This document shows, in pieces, positions 1-13,315 of a stretch of DNA of 64,000 bases; positions within the stretch are counted from its first letter, which is position 1, and each line of letters starts with the position of its first letter. The notes under the pieces were generated by a model. It searched no databases and was not told the DNA's origin. It was given only the letters and a program-made list of their open reading frames with translations. Source of the DNA: Selaginella moellendorffii (Eukaryota; Plantae; Lycopodiophyta); contig NW_003314309.1 in the NCBI RefSeq assembly GCF_000143415.4, forward strand, positions 551,459 through 615,458, read 5' to 3'. Made by a program: the position numbers and the translations under genes.

Positions 1-1764
1 CAACAAGCACCGGTTCGACGGCGTGCCAGCTAGCGTCTCAGCGATCATGGCAGGATGGTGGAGGCTGAGTCTGGCCGCAGTCAGGCTGAAGGATACACTT
101 CTCAGAGAGAAAGGAAAGGCCCCGCAGATAGCAGCTTGGCGACGACTATGGCTGCCTGGCATGGGCATAGAGGGAAGCAAGGAGGTGTGCTGGTACTGGA
201 GACTACCAGCCCGCTACGAAGCAGCAGCTCGTGTAGGAGATGCGCGACTGAACCGGTGGAGGGGCCAACGATCCAGTACGCCGCAAGACCCGCCACCCAG
301 GTTGAGGATCGGGATCGCATCGGATCTAAATAGTAGTGAGTCTTAGAGGGTCAGCCCAGCTCCCGGAAAGACTGTATAAGGGACTTGGGCTCCCCTCCAT
401 GTAACACGTGGTGGTCCCTTGGGGACGATGGAGAAATGGAAAAGCTAGTTACTCGAACCGGGGACCTGGGGCGGATTTTTGGAACTAGTGGCAAGGATGT
501 GCTGCCACATGGTTGGGCCGCTTGGCTGCGACGAGGTCGGGCTGGATTGACGTGGAGTCATCCAAGAATTTCCCACAGGATCTTCTCTCCGTGGTGCTTT
601 TTGAGGGGGTTCGCGCGGACAGCCTTGGTTCCTTCGAAGATCGGGTCTTCTAGGACCGATGAAAGTAATTGGGGCATTAGCAATAGTGAATGGGCAGCAC
701 CTTTGGAAGTGACTGAATGGTGAATGTATAAAAGGGAATGGATCAAAATGTAGCTATAGATGTGTAGAAAAGGGTGATGTAAAAGGAAATTCAGAACCTT
801 GAGAAAGACTTAGAGAAAACACAAGCTTTGATGATCAGCAGGATCAATATAACCTTGAGGCCAGAAACCTAGGTGAATGTCAACTGAAACGAGACCATAC
901 AACCTAGAAAAGTACAGAGAAAAGTGAAAGAACAAAGTAGAAAAAGAAAACAAAGAAAAGGAAAGGTAAGAAAAAAAGAAGATTCATTGTAAAGTAAATG
1001 ATGTGGCATATGTGGACCATCTGCTCTGATGTACCTGTGCTAGAACACATCTCAAGAGGCCAAAGAGAGTCCTAAAGAATGTCTGGGATGCTATTGAAGT
1101 TGACAGAGTTGGCTCAAGAGCTGGATCACATTACAAATGCCTGAGGTGGTGAACAGGGTTACTACAAGGAAATTGTGAAGCCTGTTGCTGTCTATAAGAA
1201 TGGAAGCCTTTTCAAGGTGGTGGTAACTGTCTCCCACTTCATTTGGCATTGCACCTTGAGACCAAGAACAAAGGCTCTAGCCCTCATTTGTCTCAAGTTC
1301 AAGAAGTATAACATTGGAATCTCACCTTCTTTACTTGCAAGTCTCAATCCAGTCAAAAGATCTTGGCATATTCATTTAGGCATACATATAATATTTGAAG
1401 TGTATGGAATATAGAAATGTGCATATTCAATTAACCCAAAAATTTAATTTATAAATAAGAGTGAATGGTTTAGATTGAAATCAATTCGACAATTATCAAA
1501 ATCCCACTATACTAATAATAATATACAACATTATAGCTATACTTTTTGACCTCACATCATCCCCTAAGTTTTTGTGTTGATCAACTGGGATCTAAAGGAA
1601 TATTAAGAGTAGGCACTAGTGTATCCATAAATAATTGTAGCGCATTTTAATTTGGAGTTAAACTCCAAGCCCATTGCATTATGAAATGAAGGTTTGGTAC
1701 ACTCTCAATTCTATGAGCACTAGTTCCCCATATCTAACACTTATATGCAAAATGGTGTTAGACG

Positions 1765-2558
1765 GTATCTGGCACAATTTCGGCATACTAGTGCCCTAAT
1801 GCAAGGAAGTGGGTACCCCAATGTCATTTTTTGTTCTATATTTGGCTTAGGTCTAAGCCCCAACTCTATATTATGCTAGCGTAATGAAAGCTAAACTAAT
1901 GTCTCAAATGGTCAACTATATAATTTAGCCATTATCCCTATTATATGTTTAAACCCCTTACACCCCCCCCTTAAACCCACCCCCCCCCCCCCCCCCCCCC
2001 AAAAAAAACAAAAAAAAACACACACACACTTTGGGGCTTTCACCCCAGTCCTAGGAGTTAGTCTTTATGGCAGGTTTGAAAACCTATTGAATATGGAATG
2101 ACATTAGATTATGAATCAAGGTGCAAAAATAATACTATAGGGTTCAGGACACTCTCCAAATCATAGATATGCCCCTTGAGTAGATATAGATATTTACCAC
2201 AAATAACATATAAGATCAAAATTGAACTTGATAGCAAAGGTGTTTTACGGATACGGTAAGCTATCATATGGCAATATTAAAGGACTAAACTTAATATGCA
2301 AGGGTTCTTGCCAAATTAATGCAAGACAGAATAAAAGAAAACTAAAAACTAGGCTAAGTATGGTCAGCAAGAAACACATAAAAGTTCCTATCATATATTC
2401 ATTTGGTTAAATATAGATGTTAAGCCCACATTTGGACAAGATGGGCCAATAAAGGAAATTAGCAATATTGATCTATTGCAACCATAATAATAAGGAGAGA
2501 GTGTTCATAAGGATTAGTTGATAAGTATCTTTTGATGCTTGAAGTTATATTCACAATA
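1765..2558 (-). repeat. Partial, diverged family-B LTR
   Basis: Collinear similarity to 6725-7520 (ctggca..tttcggcatac, poly-C tract, gggctttcaccc, ggagttagtc, agggttcttg, gaagttatattc). Confidence 0.65.
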
Positions 2559-5500
2559 GTAATACAACTTGCTTCTAATCCCATTATACAAAGTGCTTCA
2601 ATTGTTATATATATAATTTTTGAAGGATTAATTTATTAAATATCATACTGAACCTCATAAATTTATAGTCCCTTCAATTAGACAAAGAACTACATACTGT
2701 AAGATTGAAAAAAAAATTAATATTAAATCATCCACTTTGTATTCTGTATGAGGATAGTGATAAGAGCATTCTTCCACTAGTTCAAGCAAAATTGATGAAT
2801 TCTTCAGCCATATATGAATGGGACAACAATAATGCTATAACTCATTAAATACTAATTCTAAGACTTAACAGGTAATTTATGGTAGTCGTGAATGTAAACT
2901 TAACTCCATTGTTATAGTGCATGTGATCATAGAATGAGATTTGGATATACTTGTCATTGTGAATCCTTAAAACCTTAGAGAATAAATAATGATAAAATAG
3001 CTATTAAAAGCTCTCTCATTAAATAATTTTTCCTTTTGTAGTTTATTTGGTATTATATCAAATGGCACAAATTTAATTCTCATTGATATATTCTTAAGAA
3101 AGGTATATTTCTACCCCTAGAATTGAAATCATAAGTATGGGCATCTATGAATATATCCTTATCTTGTAAAGCATTCATTGACAAAGGGATCCACTGTGGG
3201 AATTTGCAAATTGACTCTATCTTTTCATTACATATATCAAATGATATCATATTGCATCTTTAATTAATAAAAAAGACATAATGATGTTATATATGCCCAC
3301 ATAAAATAAAAAAGTTATAGTAAGCATAGATAAAGTGTGGAATAAATATCAAAGGCACCACCAATAATAAATAGTTATCAAGATTAGTCTTCATAAAGGT
3401 CATCCTCAATGTGATATTAAGAATATAAATTTCAAAATAAACTTTTCAAATTTATTACGAAGTCAAAATCTAACTTTTTGAGCTTTACAAACCTCATCTA
3501 GAGAAGGTAAATTTAGCTCAACACCTAGTGGACACTAAATATCAAGCACAATAATTGCTAATAACATAAAATCCTCATTAAAAACTTTCACTTATATAAG
3601 AATAATAACCTTCTTAGAAATATGAAAAAAGAGTAAAGAAGCTAAGATTTAAAGTTTCAAGGCCCACCAAATAGTATGACTAGCTAAGTTCTTCTATTTC
3701 AATAATTGTAGCATAATCATCCTCTAGTAATATTCAAGAATTATTGCTATTATTAAACTCTATTTTGTTGTGGAGTAATTCACCTATATTGGTTGCAATG
3801 TATAGCTAATATATGTAATAAAATGACATTAACTAAGCCCACTTATTCTTTATTGCATTAATACATCTTTGAAACTAATATCAGAAATATTTACATACTG
3901 TTAAGTGTAGTTAAGATATGCCAAAACTAGAGGAGTTATAAACACTTCTTTAAAATCCACAAAAAATCACTTGCAATAATTTAAATCAATAACGAGAATT
4001 AGTTGAAAATAATATTCATCACTCTTTAGGGGACAATATTACTAACTTCAGTAATGCTTGTAATGGTCCAATATGATTAAAAAGATGATCAATAAAATGA
4101 TTATGATATTGCATCTTACTGAAGAAATATTATACATCATTCATACAATTTAGAGTGAAAAAACTCAAAACAATGATAAGTTTTTTAAGATCGATATTCA
4201 AGATAAGTTATATTCTTAGACACAAATACACACTTCAACTGCTTCAACTTCAAACTAACTTTTCATGGCTGATTCAACATTTTACAAACATTATAAACAT
4301 GTTTTTTCTATATTCTCTTCAAATGGATCATTAATAAAGTCGGTAATCATTTGCAAATAATGCCATCCATCATCTATTGAAAAGTCTTTAGAGCATTATT
4401 TAAATTGAAAAATATCACCATAAACTCATACAAACTAAATAATGTACAAAAAGTAGTTTGGAAACATTTTTTTTTAGCATTGGCACTTGCTTGTACCTAA
4501 AAATAAAACTTAATTTGGTGAATCAATGACTTCTTCTTAAACAATCTAGAAGACTAATAGTGTGAGGATGGTAGTACATATATAAAATAATCATATTGTT
4601 AGATATATAATTAAGTTATAAGAAACCAAAGAAAACAACTAAAAAGACTATATTTGGTATTAGAAAAGTTTCAAGTCCAATTCTATTAATTGGTTAAAGG
4701 AATTGCATCATATATTGAGGTTGACATTTGATAGTCTATTTTGGTCTAACTAAACTTGACGTAAGGGGTAGGGTGTCAAAAGACTAAGGCTCTCAGGAGA
4801 GTTTTAGCTTTTAACTTTTATTTATGAAGGCGTAAATTTGTAAGGAAGTGTGATGAATTATAAATAATACAAAAGAACAACTCAAAACAGTTTAAATATA
4901 AAGGGAAAACGCCCATAAATAAAAAAAAACTCCCTTTTTCAATTGATTAACGGTTTTGGGGTTAAGTATTCTTAGGTTTGAGTAGTACTGGGTTGAGACT
5001 TCTCAAGATGTCTAAAGTTAAGAGCTTATATATATTTTGTCATAAAATAAGGTTCATATGCGTAAAAACTTCAAGACTTTCAAAATAACATCTTTTTTCA
5101 ACATCTTTTAGACATTTTTTCATAAGATTTTAATCTCCTTTTGGTGATAATGCCAATTAAAAAAGCATCCCTAATGAAAATAGGATGATATATTGCAATT
5201 TTAGCTTTGATCAAAGTTGAAAGATCAATATACTTCTACTTGAGCTGATCAACCACTATAGTATAAAAAATGTTTAAGGGATCTAAAGAGGGAATAGAAG
5301 AATAAAAAAGAAATACAATAAGAAATAATAGGGATACAAGTGGTGAAAATAATGTAAAACAAATGAATAAAAGTGATAGGAATGGAAAAGATATAAAGGA
5401 GGGGAGAAGCCTCAAAGTCATATTTGGTATGATTATGTTACGATTAATCCATATTAAAGATGAAATCAAAATTTTAATTTATCACTATTTCCAATGATTA

Positions 5501-6381
5501 AGTTTTAAGCTTGAGGTCACCCATATGCATAGAAAAGTCTACTTCGTCCTACACATATGCATATAGAAAATGAAAATTAACTCTACTATATAATGTAAAT
5601 AAAAAACAAACTCAAACCTATATCAACTAACATATAAAGAATAACAAGGGACCTTTTGTTATAAAAATAATTTTAGAAAGTGAATATTAAATGAATTGGT
5701 ATTGAGTGAACCCTTTGATACTATTCCCAAAAAAAAGATGGAAGGGTTATTAACTTATTCATACAAATTTTCTCTACTACTTACTTGATTTCTCATTTCC
5801 CCAAATTTTTTTTATCAAGACCTTTTAGTATTAATAAGACATTGTTGACACTAAAACCTCTACCTAAGAAAAAGAAAATGTTAATTTGAGAAATGTTGAT
5901 AATGCTAATATATATGACTAACCTCATCACATGCCTAGCATTGAATATCATGCTTATGATCGTGTCTTTTTTCTTGTCCTTAAATACAAGTAGTAATAAT
6001 AACAACCTCCATTGAAACAAAATATCTTCTATGGGAAGTGGACTTAAAACATATACAACTACAAGTGAGAGAAGTGATATCTTATAGCATTATATCAATT
6101 GAAAAGAATTGTCAAAAGTGGCTAGAACAAGTGCTTATAAAATTTTATTGAAGTGATGGCTATAATATACCCATCTTGATTCACTTTGACATATTTGGCT
6201 TTTTATAAAGCAAAAGGCTATAGATGCGAACACCAAATTATATAACCTGATAAAGAGAATACAATTATTGAGAGATATTGTCTTAATCATCAATATGTCC
6301 ATATACATACTTGAATATGTCTAAGAGAAGGCTTTAATCCTTATGAGTAGTTATATTCAACCAATTGTACTACTATAACAT

Positions 6382-7520
6382 TGTAGCACACGTGGTTTTT
6401 ACCCTTTATCCTATGGTGATTTACCATAAGATAACCACGAAAGGAAACCTAAACCCTTTATGTGCCACGTGTCATATGCCATGTGTCACATGCTATGTGT
6501 CCCAAGGACAGGAACCCAACTTTCAAAGCCTTAGGCCACTAAATGAAAGAATGGTGCCAAACTCCCAAACATGGAGCCAAGAAACAATGGCACTGAAGCA
6601 CAAAACGACTCCCAAGCATTTAGCTCAAAGAGCAAAGGGACAAGAGCATAAAGCAACTTGGAACAATCCTAAAGCAACCAACATCCCAATGCCAAAACCA
6701 ACACGCAAAACGGAGCCAAATGAAGTCTGGCATTATTTCGGCATACCGATGGTTTAATGCAAGGACATGGGTACTCCACTAGCTAGTATAGTGTGAAACT
6801 TGGGCTTAGGCCCAAACCAAACACAGAACAAGGATAAACACGCAAGTAGAAGCTAGACTATGCCTCAGGTTGATCGGCCATACCCAACCTACCCACTATC
6901 CCTACTATACATTTGGAACCCCCTATATCCCCCCTCCCCCCCTTGAGGAACACACATTTAGGGCTTTCACCCTAAGCTTCCCATAGTATTAGGAGTTAGT
7001 CTTCAAGATAAACTCAAAACTTACTAAATAGAGAAATGTCTCTAGATTGCAAATTTGGGCATGGGATGAACACCATTGTGTTCAAGATAATTTCTACATT
7101 TCGGAGATATGCCAAATGAGTGAATCTAGACACTTTCCATAAATAGCATTTAAGACTGAAATAAGACTAACACAAAGAGCATGATAACGAGGGTGTTTGG
7201 TAGACACAGTAAGCTATCATCTAGTGATATTGAGGGACCAAACTCAATATTGTGAGGGTTCTTGACACTAATAAATACAAACCAATGACACAAGTTTCTC
7301 AAACTAAGTCGATTATGTTCAACAAAAAACATATAGAGTTTCTACCTTATGTTTATCCAATTTAAGTGCATATTCATTGATCAGTTTCTCAACTAGCTCA
7401 AGTGGGAATTGATAACTGGTTCAGCAATATTGACCTCTTGCCGTCGTGGTAATAAAGAAAAAATATCCAAAAGGACTAGTTAATAAGTAACTTTTGATAC
7501 CCAAAGTTACATTTGTGACA
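6382..7520 (-). mobile_element. Solo LTR, family B (~1.14 kb)
   Basis: TGTAGCA...TGTGACA termini. Near-perfect 5-bp TSD AACAT (6377-6381) / AACAC (7521-7525). Same length and sequence as the reconstructed LTR 43855-44718 + 58438-58714. The joined flanks match uninterrupted family-A sequence at ~38551-38590. Confidence 0.85.
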
Positions 7521-8137
7521 AACACTATCCCTTAGAGATATATAAGAAACTTTTGGGCATCATCCAAAAAATGATTTGTGGCAATCACTATAAAATGATT
7601 GAAACAATGGTTCACATCATCCCTAAAATTCCTATAAAGGAAATCTAGTTAGATACAAGGATTAACAATAAAAGCAAGAAGAATTACATCATACATTATG
7701 AACATTAATATCATCTGAGTTTGATTGTTCAATTGCAATAATATAACATCGAGCAATTACATCAATTACTGGAAGAGGAAGAGAAGGCTATTATAACTGT
7801 GCGATGAAAATGAACAAAAAGAAGAGGAAAAACATAATAGTAGTACTTATTAATCCAATTGATCAAATAGAAATTTATAATTATAAATATGTTTATAATT
7901 TATAAACACAAGATTAATCTTAACCATTAGATGGTAGAATAAAAAAGAATATGCTAGAAAGTGTTTAGGAAAGTTTATAAATTAACATGTTTATAAATTA
8001 TAAATACAAGATATAATAACCATTAGATGGTAGAATATCCTAGAATATCCAAGTATATTTTAGGTATATTTACTACTTAAGCAAACCAAAAAGCAAACAC
8101 TTCAGACCTCACATTTCTTTCTTGGTTCTCAATAAAA

Positions 8138-10276
8138 TTACCTATTGCACCTTCTTAAGAACCCTTGCATGATGTTAACTAGATCCACGAGCAGCACATC
8201 ACCCTCCTCGAGCAGCACATCACCTTCCTCGCATGGGTCCTGGAAACTGAAGCCCTGCCTACTGCACAAAACATACACCTTCTTCCTTCCTTCTACGTAC
8301 TTGGCAGGTGAATTTGCAGCTCTAGCCCACTTGGCCGCTTCGTCCCGACTCACGCGGCCTTCCTGTCCCTTGAGCTGGAACCAGAACTCGTACACCTTCC
8401 CGTCCACACCAATCAAGAACACTCTCCCATCCGTGGATGCCGTCCCCTTTTTGCACTTAAACACCAAACCAGCGCCTGTGGGTTTTGCCTCAGTTGGGTG
8501 CACATGGAGTTTCCTGTCCGCTCCAATCATTTCTTGATCACCTGGGCTATAAAACCTTTTCAGCTGCGGATCATAAAACTGATACTTCTCTTCAACCACT
8601 CCGTCACCCCGAGCCGCAACCACAACTCTGGTGTCAACCAGCTTCTTGTTCCCAACGGCCCCCGGAAAGATCTGACCAAGAGAAAGCGTTCGGCCTTCCA
8701 ACACCCAGAGCCTGGCATGCAGCATGTCCAAAAAGCCATCCTCCAGCACGCCACCTACTGCTGGCTGGGGCCTGAGAGCTACTACCCTCTCTGGGATCCC
8801 CAACCTCAGTCCAAGCGCATGAATAAGTAACATCGGGCTCTTATAGACAACTCCACCGCCTTCCACCTCTTCAGAATACACATAACCGCTGAAACACGCT
8901 TCTTCCTCCCTCGTCATCTGCCCAACAGGTGGCCTTGGCATCACCACCCCAGTGAGGCAAAGCCGAATCATTCGTTTCACGTTGTCGAGGTTTTCCCGCA
9001 TGACTCGATCAACAGATGGCTGCAGCTGCAGAATCACGGAAGTTCGTAAGTGCGCAATGAAATCCCTTGCTGGAAGTTCCAGACCCTGGGCCTGTAACCA
9101 TGCAGTGTAAATGTATTGAATCAGCCTCGGGACACAGCCGCAGTCTTCTAGGAGTATTTCCAGCTGCGTCCGAAATTCGTGAAAACGATTATCCTTGGTA
9201 GACATACTTAGTACCTCCAGCGCCGATTTCAAATCCAATGGAGGTACTGTGACGTTCACCCCGTACTTTCCGCCTACAGGAAGAACTGTTCCTGCTAGAA
9301 GAGTGATAAAGCCAATGTTGCAGTCCTTGGCGATGGAGTTTCCAGCTGAGGAAGTCATGACTGTCACTAACCAGGAAAACATGCCTTTCAGGAAGGCTTC
9401 ACCATCACAGCCAGCTTCCCTCACTTCCCTTCCCAGTTGCTGTGACTCGTCCACCAAAAGGTACAAGGCAACCATCTGATTCTCCGCTACCGCAAGCCCT
9501 TTCCTCACATGAGCTGAAACCTTCTGCACAGACACGCAGTCATCTCCCGCAAGGATCTCATTCTGCAGCGCAGACGGTAAGGCACCCCAAGGCTTGCCAT
9601 ACAGTATCTGCGAAACTACAGCCACCCGCAGAAAATCCCGGCCAGAATGGTAACCACCTCTCTCCTTACAGATTGCCACAAAAGCCGGATGCAGAAAATG
9701 AGGTGATGAATGGCCAACAGCCGAGCCATTGAAGGTGATGTACACCGCTGCCGTAGCTCCAACACGATGAAGCTCCTGCAAAGCTGATGCCCTGCCTTTA
9801 AGCGCCTCTCCAACACGCTCCTTGGTCTCTAAAAGGAATCGAGTCTTCCCCACTCCAGCAAGGCCCTCCAGAGTGATGAAGAGCGCCTGCTCTCTGCTAA
9901 TCCCACTAGATGCGAAAGTGGTGAAGTTCCTGTCAATCGTCTCTGCGAGCTTCTGCACGAGGCCGTCTCGACCTCTGAACGGAAGCGCGAAGTCGCAAAC
10001 CACATCCGAGAAGGGCACCAAATTCGGGGGAATCTCTGTAGCCGCCTTACCACGCCTGAATGATTCCACCAGCAACCGGACGATTCCTGCGCGTCCCGGT
10101 AGAACACTCGCCAGATCCTCTTTTGTCGCCACTTCGAAAACCTGCGCCGTCAAGAAGCCGTGGCTGGCCAAATGCTCGTAGTCAGCATCCCGAAAAGGAC
10201 TCAGATCCAGCTTCCTTTCGCGAAGCAGAGCCTTCACCCGCTCCACCTCCTCCTCCTCTCTCCTCCTCTTGGCCAT
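8138..10276 (-). CDS. Intronless Crinkler/CR-type protein: helical (SAM-like) N-terminal header + P-loop NTPase + C-terminal PD-(D/E)xK nuclease-like domain
   Basis: 712-aa ORF. Walker A LEGLAGVGKT, Walker B LYLLVDESQ, GCVPRL motif, C-terminal D...(E)xxFQLK (STDGRVF...YEFWFQLK) typical of REase folds. Confidence 0.7.
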   Translation of the reverse strand: MAKRRREEEEVERVKALLRERKLDLSPFRDADYEHLASHGFLTAQVFEVATKEDLASVLPGRAGIVRLLVESFRRGKAATEIPPNLVPFSDVVCDFALPFRGRDGLVQKLAETIDRNFTTFASSGISREQALFITLEGLAGVGKTRFLLETKERVGEALKGRASALQELHRVGATAAVYITFNGSAVGHSSPHFLHPAFVAICKERGGYHSGRDFLRVAVVSQILYGKPWGALPSALQNEILAGDDCVSVQKVSAHVRKGLAVAENQMVALYLLVDESQQLGREVREAGCDGEAFLKGMFSWLVTVMTSSAGNSIAKDCNIGFITLLAGTVLPVGGKYGVNVTVPPLDLKSALEVLSMSTKDNRFHEFRTQLEILLEDCGCVPRLIQYIYTAWLQAQGLELPARDFIAHLRTSVILQLQPSVDRVMRENLDNVKRMIRLCLTGVVMPRPPVGQMTREEEACFSGYVYSEEVEGGGVVYKSPMLLIHALGLRLGIPERVVALRPQPAVGGVLEDGFLDMLHARLWVLEGRTLSLGQIFPGAVGNKKLVDTRVVVAARGDGVVEEKYQFYDPQLKRFYSPGDQEMIGADRKLHVHPTEAKPTGAGLVFKCKKGTASTDGRVFLIGVDGKVYEFWFQLKGQEGRVSRDEAAKWARAANSPAKYVEGRKKVYVLCSRQGFSFQDPCEEGDVLLEEGDVLLVDLVNIMQGFLRRCNR

Positions 10277-10655
10277 GAATGGAACCCTAGAGAAGCCCTA
10301 ATGTTGAATCGTCGGATGAAAGCAATCCTAGCCGTGGGTACCGTTTTTAGGTGATCACATGAAGTTCGGGCTTGATTCTAATCCATAATTTTCTGCACGG
10401 TCTGGTGATCAATGCACATATGAATCCACCTCCTCCTCCTCCTCTCTCCTCCTCTTCAGATCCGTGGGTAACACCAACCTTTTCAGTGAAGCCGTTTAGA
10501 TAATCTAAGTGGGGATTTTCTCCATTTACCGGTGATCAATGCACTCTTTGGTTTGAGACTATGTATAATGTACAGTACAGAATCTGATTTATATGCTTAG
10601 TTTAGATCCCATTACTACATAATCAAAGCACGCTATACTTCTGGGAATCAACCGG

Positions 10656-13250
10656 TCAAAAAAAGATGTTGATCTCCTTTCCATCTTGTACTTCGCAAAC
10701 GTGCTCTTTGGCTTCAGTCAGTGCCACCTGCATAGCGTAGCAAATGAGAGACTGCTCAGAACACACACACACACACCCTGACCTTTCCATATTTCGTAAA
10801 GAAATTGTTCATGAGGTTTAGCGTCGTGACTGCCGCGTCCACGTTGTTCTTGAGCGCCTGCGCTAGAGCGAAGGCTCCGTTATCCTGCACAAGAGAGGTT
10901 ACAATCGAGCTATGGATGAAAAGAGTGTGGCTTATTACTCGTATTTCGTTAAAGCCTAGGTCCAGCGACGTCAGAGTTTCGTTCACAACTTTTAGACTGC
11001 GAGCCAGGATCGCCGCACCCTGCTTCGAGACCACAATTGAGAAGCAGTGCAACCAAAACAAAAGCTCAACCTCATCGCCCAATCCGTTTGCACGCAGGTC
11101 GAGAGTTGACATTGTTGAGTTGTATTGTAAACACTCAGCGAAGGCCGCCGCTCCCTTGACTCCAATCTGATACAGAGTTTAAGTTAAGATGACATAGAGC
11201 AAGCCTCCCCACCTGACACCACCCAAGGCGGAGTGTTTGGACGTTGCCATTATGTTTGAGAGTCTCCGCTAAGATTTTTGCGCCGTCTCCGCCAATCGGA
11301 TTGTAGCTCATCTCTAGCTGCTCAAGGAGTTAAGCCCAAGATCCAAGAGCTAAACAAACCTTACTGATGTGATGGTGCTGTTGTCTTTCAAGGCATTGGC
11401 TATATGAGTGGCACCTGCAGCCGTGATATTGTTTCCTCCCTGACAAGCATACATGTCGTCGATAAGAAACCACGCCGAACTGCTTTTGAACTTACAATAT
11501 CGATGGTAGAGATTGTCTTGTTCCGCTTTAATGCTTCTGCGATTTTCTCGGCACCCTGTCACTGTGTTACCAGATTGCAAGAGAGTATTCCGAAAGCTTA
11601 CTTCGTCACCAATGTCATTCATGTACAAGTTCAGCCACTGTATACTTTTGCTTTTTTTCATATATTCTGCCACGTAGTAAACCCCTTTAGGACCAATGCT
11701 GTTGTTTCCAATATCAAGACTCGAGAGTTTTGCTGAGAAAAACACCATCGATAAAAGAGCCCCACGAAGGAAAAAATCTTAATACCTTTGCTTGAAGCCA
11801 AACCCTCCATTAAAGTACGAATACCCTCGTTGCCCATGCCATTCCCATGCAAGTGAATCTCCTACATAAGCTCCCTGCTTCAATACACGGGGGAAACAAT
11901 GAACGGAATAAGTCACCCTCAAAATTTTATTTTGTTCCAATCCCTTCGCTAGAGCTAAAGCTCCAAGTGCGCCACCGTAGTTGCCACTGAAACATGAAAC
12001 AGTTATCCCGATGTAAAGAAAAGCAAGAGAAAATAAGTTACTTCAGATGCACGCCTCTGATGGTTTTATTTACAATCAAAGCCTCAGCAATAGCAGCAAA
12101 ACCCTGAAGATAAGAAATTAAAGTGAAAGAAACACCAAACTGGAAACCTACTGGATAATCAATCGTATTGTTGTTCAGCTCTAGCACAACCAGAGTCTGG
12201 TTACTTTTAAGCGCATTCGCCAAGAGCTTTGCACCCTGCAATTAAAATAAAATATGAGAAAAAAGGAATGAAACGAAGGAAAAGAACTAGACCTCGTCAC
12301 TGATGTTGCAGCTATTTAATTGCAGCTTTTCTAGAGTCCCATTCGTCTCCAATATGCCAGCAAAATCCTAAAAACCAATGAGATCTATTAGAAAAACAAA
12401 AAGAAAGTCGCAAAGTACCCCTGCTCCATCGTCACCAATAGGATTTCCAGACATGTTCAGCGTTTTCAAGTGGCTATTGGCGCGCAAGTACTTTCTCATT
12501 TCCGACGAGCCTACTGCTGTGATGTTGTTGGCGGAAAAATCAGCGTATTCCAGCGACTATGAAGATAAAGATCAGTTCAAAACTGCTTGAAGCAAAGCTC
12601 ATTCTCACTTTGTTGTATCCAAGGCTCGAAGACAAGATTTTGATCCCCTCATCGCCAAACTTACGACCTGCAAACAAAAAGCTTGAACAAAACTCTCCAA
12701 GGAAAAAAGAAAAAGAAGCTCACCACTCATGTCAGCCTCGGGAAATGTTTGCAGCTCTTTGGAAAACTCACGGATCCGAGACATGCTCTCTTGTATGTAT
12801 TTCTGCGTAGCCTCCGGAGAAGAAGGCTCCAAATTCGTGATCTCCTCGGAAGGCCGCGAGGACATCCCACCACCAGACGAGAATTTTCGCACAGCTGCCC
12901 ATCAAACATAGCCCTGTGATTTAGAACACCAATTCAAAGCAGCTCAGCTCTAAACTGGAGAAGAAAAGGAAGAAGAACGCACCAAAATATGCCGCTACCA
13001 GCAGCAACAGCGCTCCTCCAGTGCCGATTGCTACCTCGGAAGAGAGAAAATCCACAGGCAAGGAGAACTGCTTTGGCTGTTGCTGCTGCTTGAGACTCGG
13101 ATTTCGGACAGCTCGCCTGGATCGCGCAGCGCAGCAGGTCACAGCGCCACGCATTCGATGCCTTGCCAGCGATGTGGAAGAGCTGTAGCCCGGTTGAATC
13201 CATGGCGCAGGGAAAATGTGGATTCTAGCACCGCAGGCCACCGGCGCCAT
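10656..13250 (-). CDS. RNI-like leucine-rich-repeat protein with N-terminal transit-peptide-like region (resembles Arabidopsis EMB2004/At1g10510 from memory); many short introns
   Basis: Exon pieces LDIGNNSIGPKG, LNLYMNDIGDE, LDLRANGLGDE, LDLGFNEI. C-terminus ALTEAKEHVCEVQDGKEINIFF* with TGA at 10656-10658. ATG at 13248-13250 (MAPVACGAR...). Confidence 0.85.
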
Positions 13251-13315
13251 CAGCCAAATCTCGATAAACCCTAAGCCCCAAGAGAAAAGATTTTTAGGGT
13301 TCTTGAGCTTGAGAA

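Larger units (their letters stand above)
1395..7830 (-). mobile_element. Decayed Ty3/Gypsy-type LTR retroelement, family A (host of nested family-B LTRs)
   Basis: 1395-1556 is the reverse complement of the family-A LTR start (TGTGAGGTC...), preceded on - by a PPT (AGGGGATGA, 1557-1565). 3336-3410 matches the reverse complement of the integrase-region sequence at ~41910-41962. 7526-7800 matches the family-A LTR/leader at 38570-38800. No open frames; boundaries approximate. Confidence 0.6.

Noticed and set aside
1-750. GC-rich segment with several overlapping short ORFs
   Set aside because: No recognisable motif in any frame; probably repeat-derived and cut by the window edge.
7868-8040. ~70-bp AT-rich direct repeat downstream of the CR gene
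   Set aside because: Simple local duplication; nothing supports a function.
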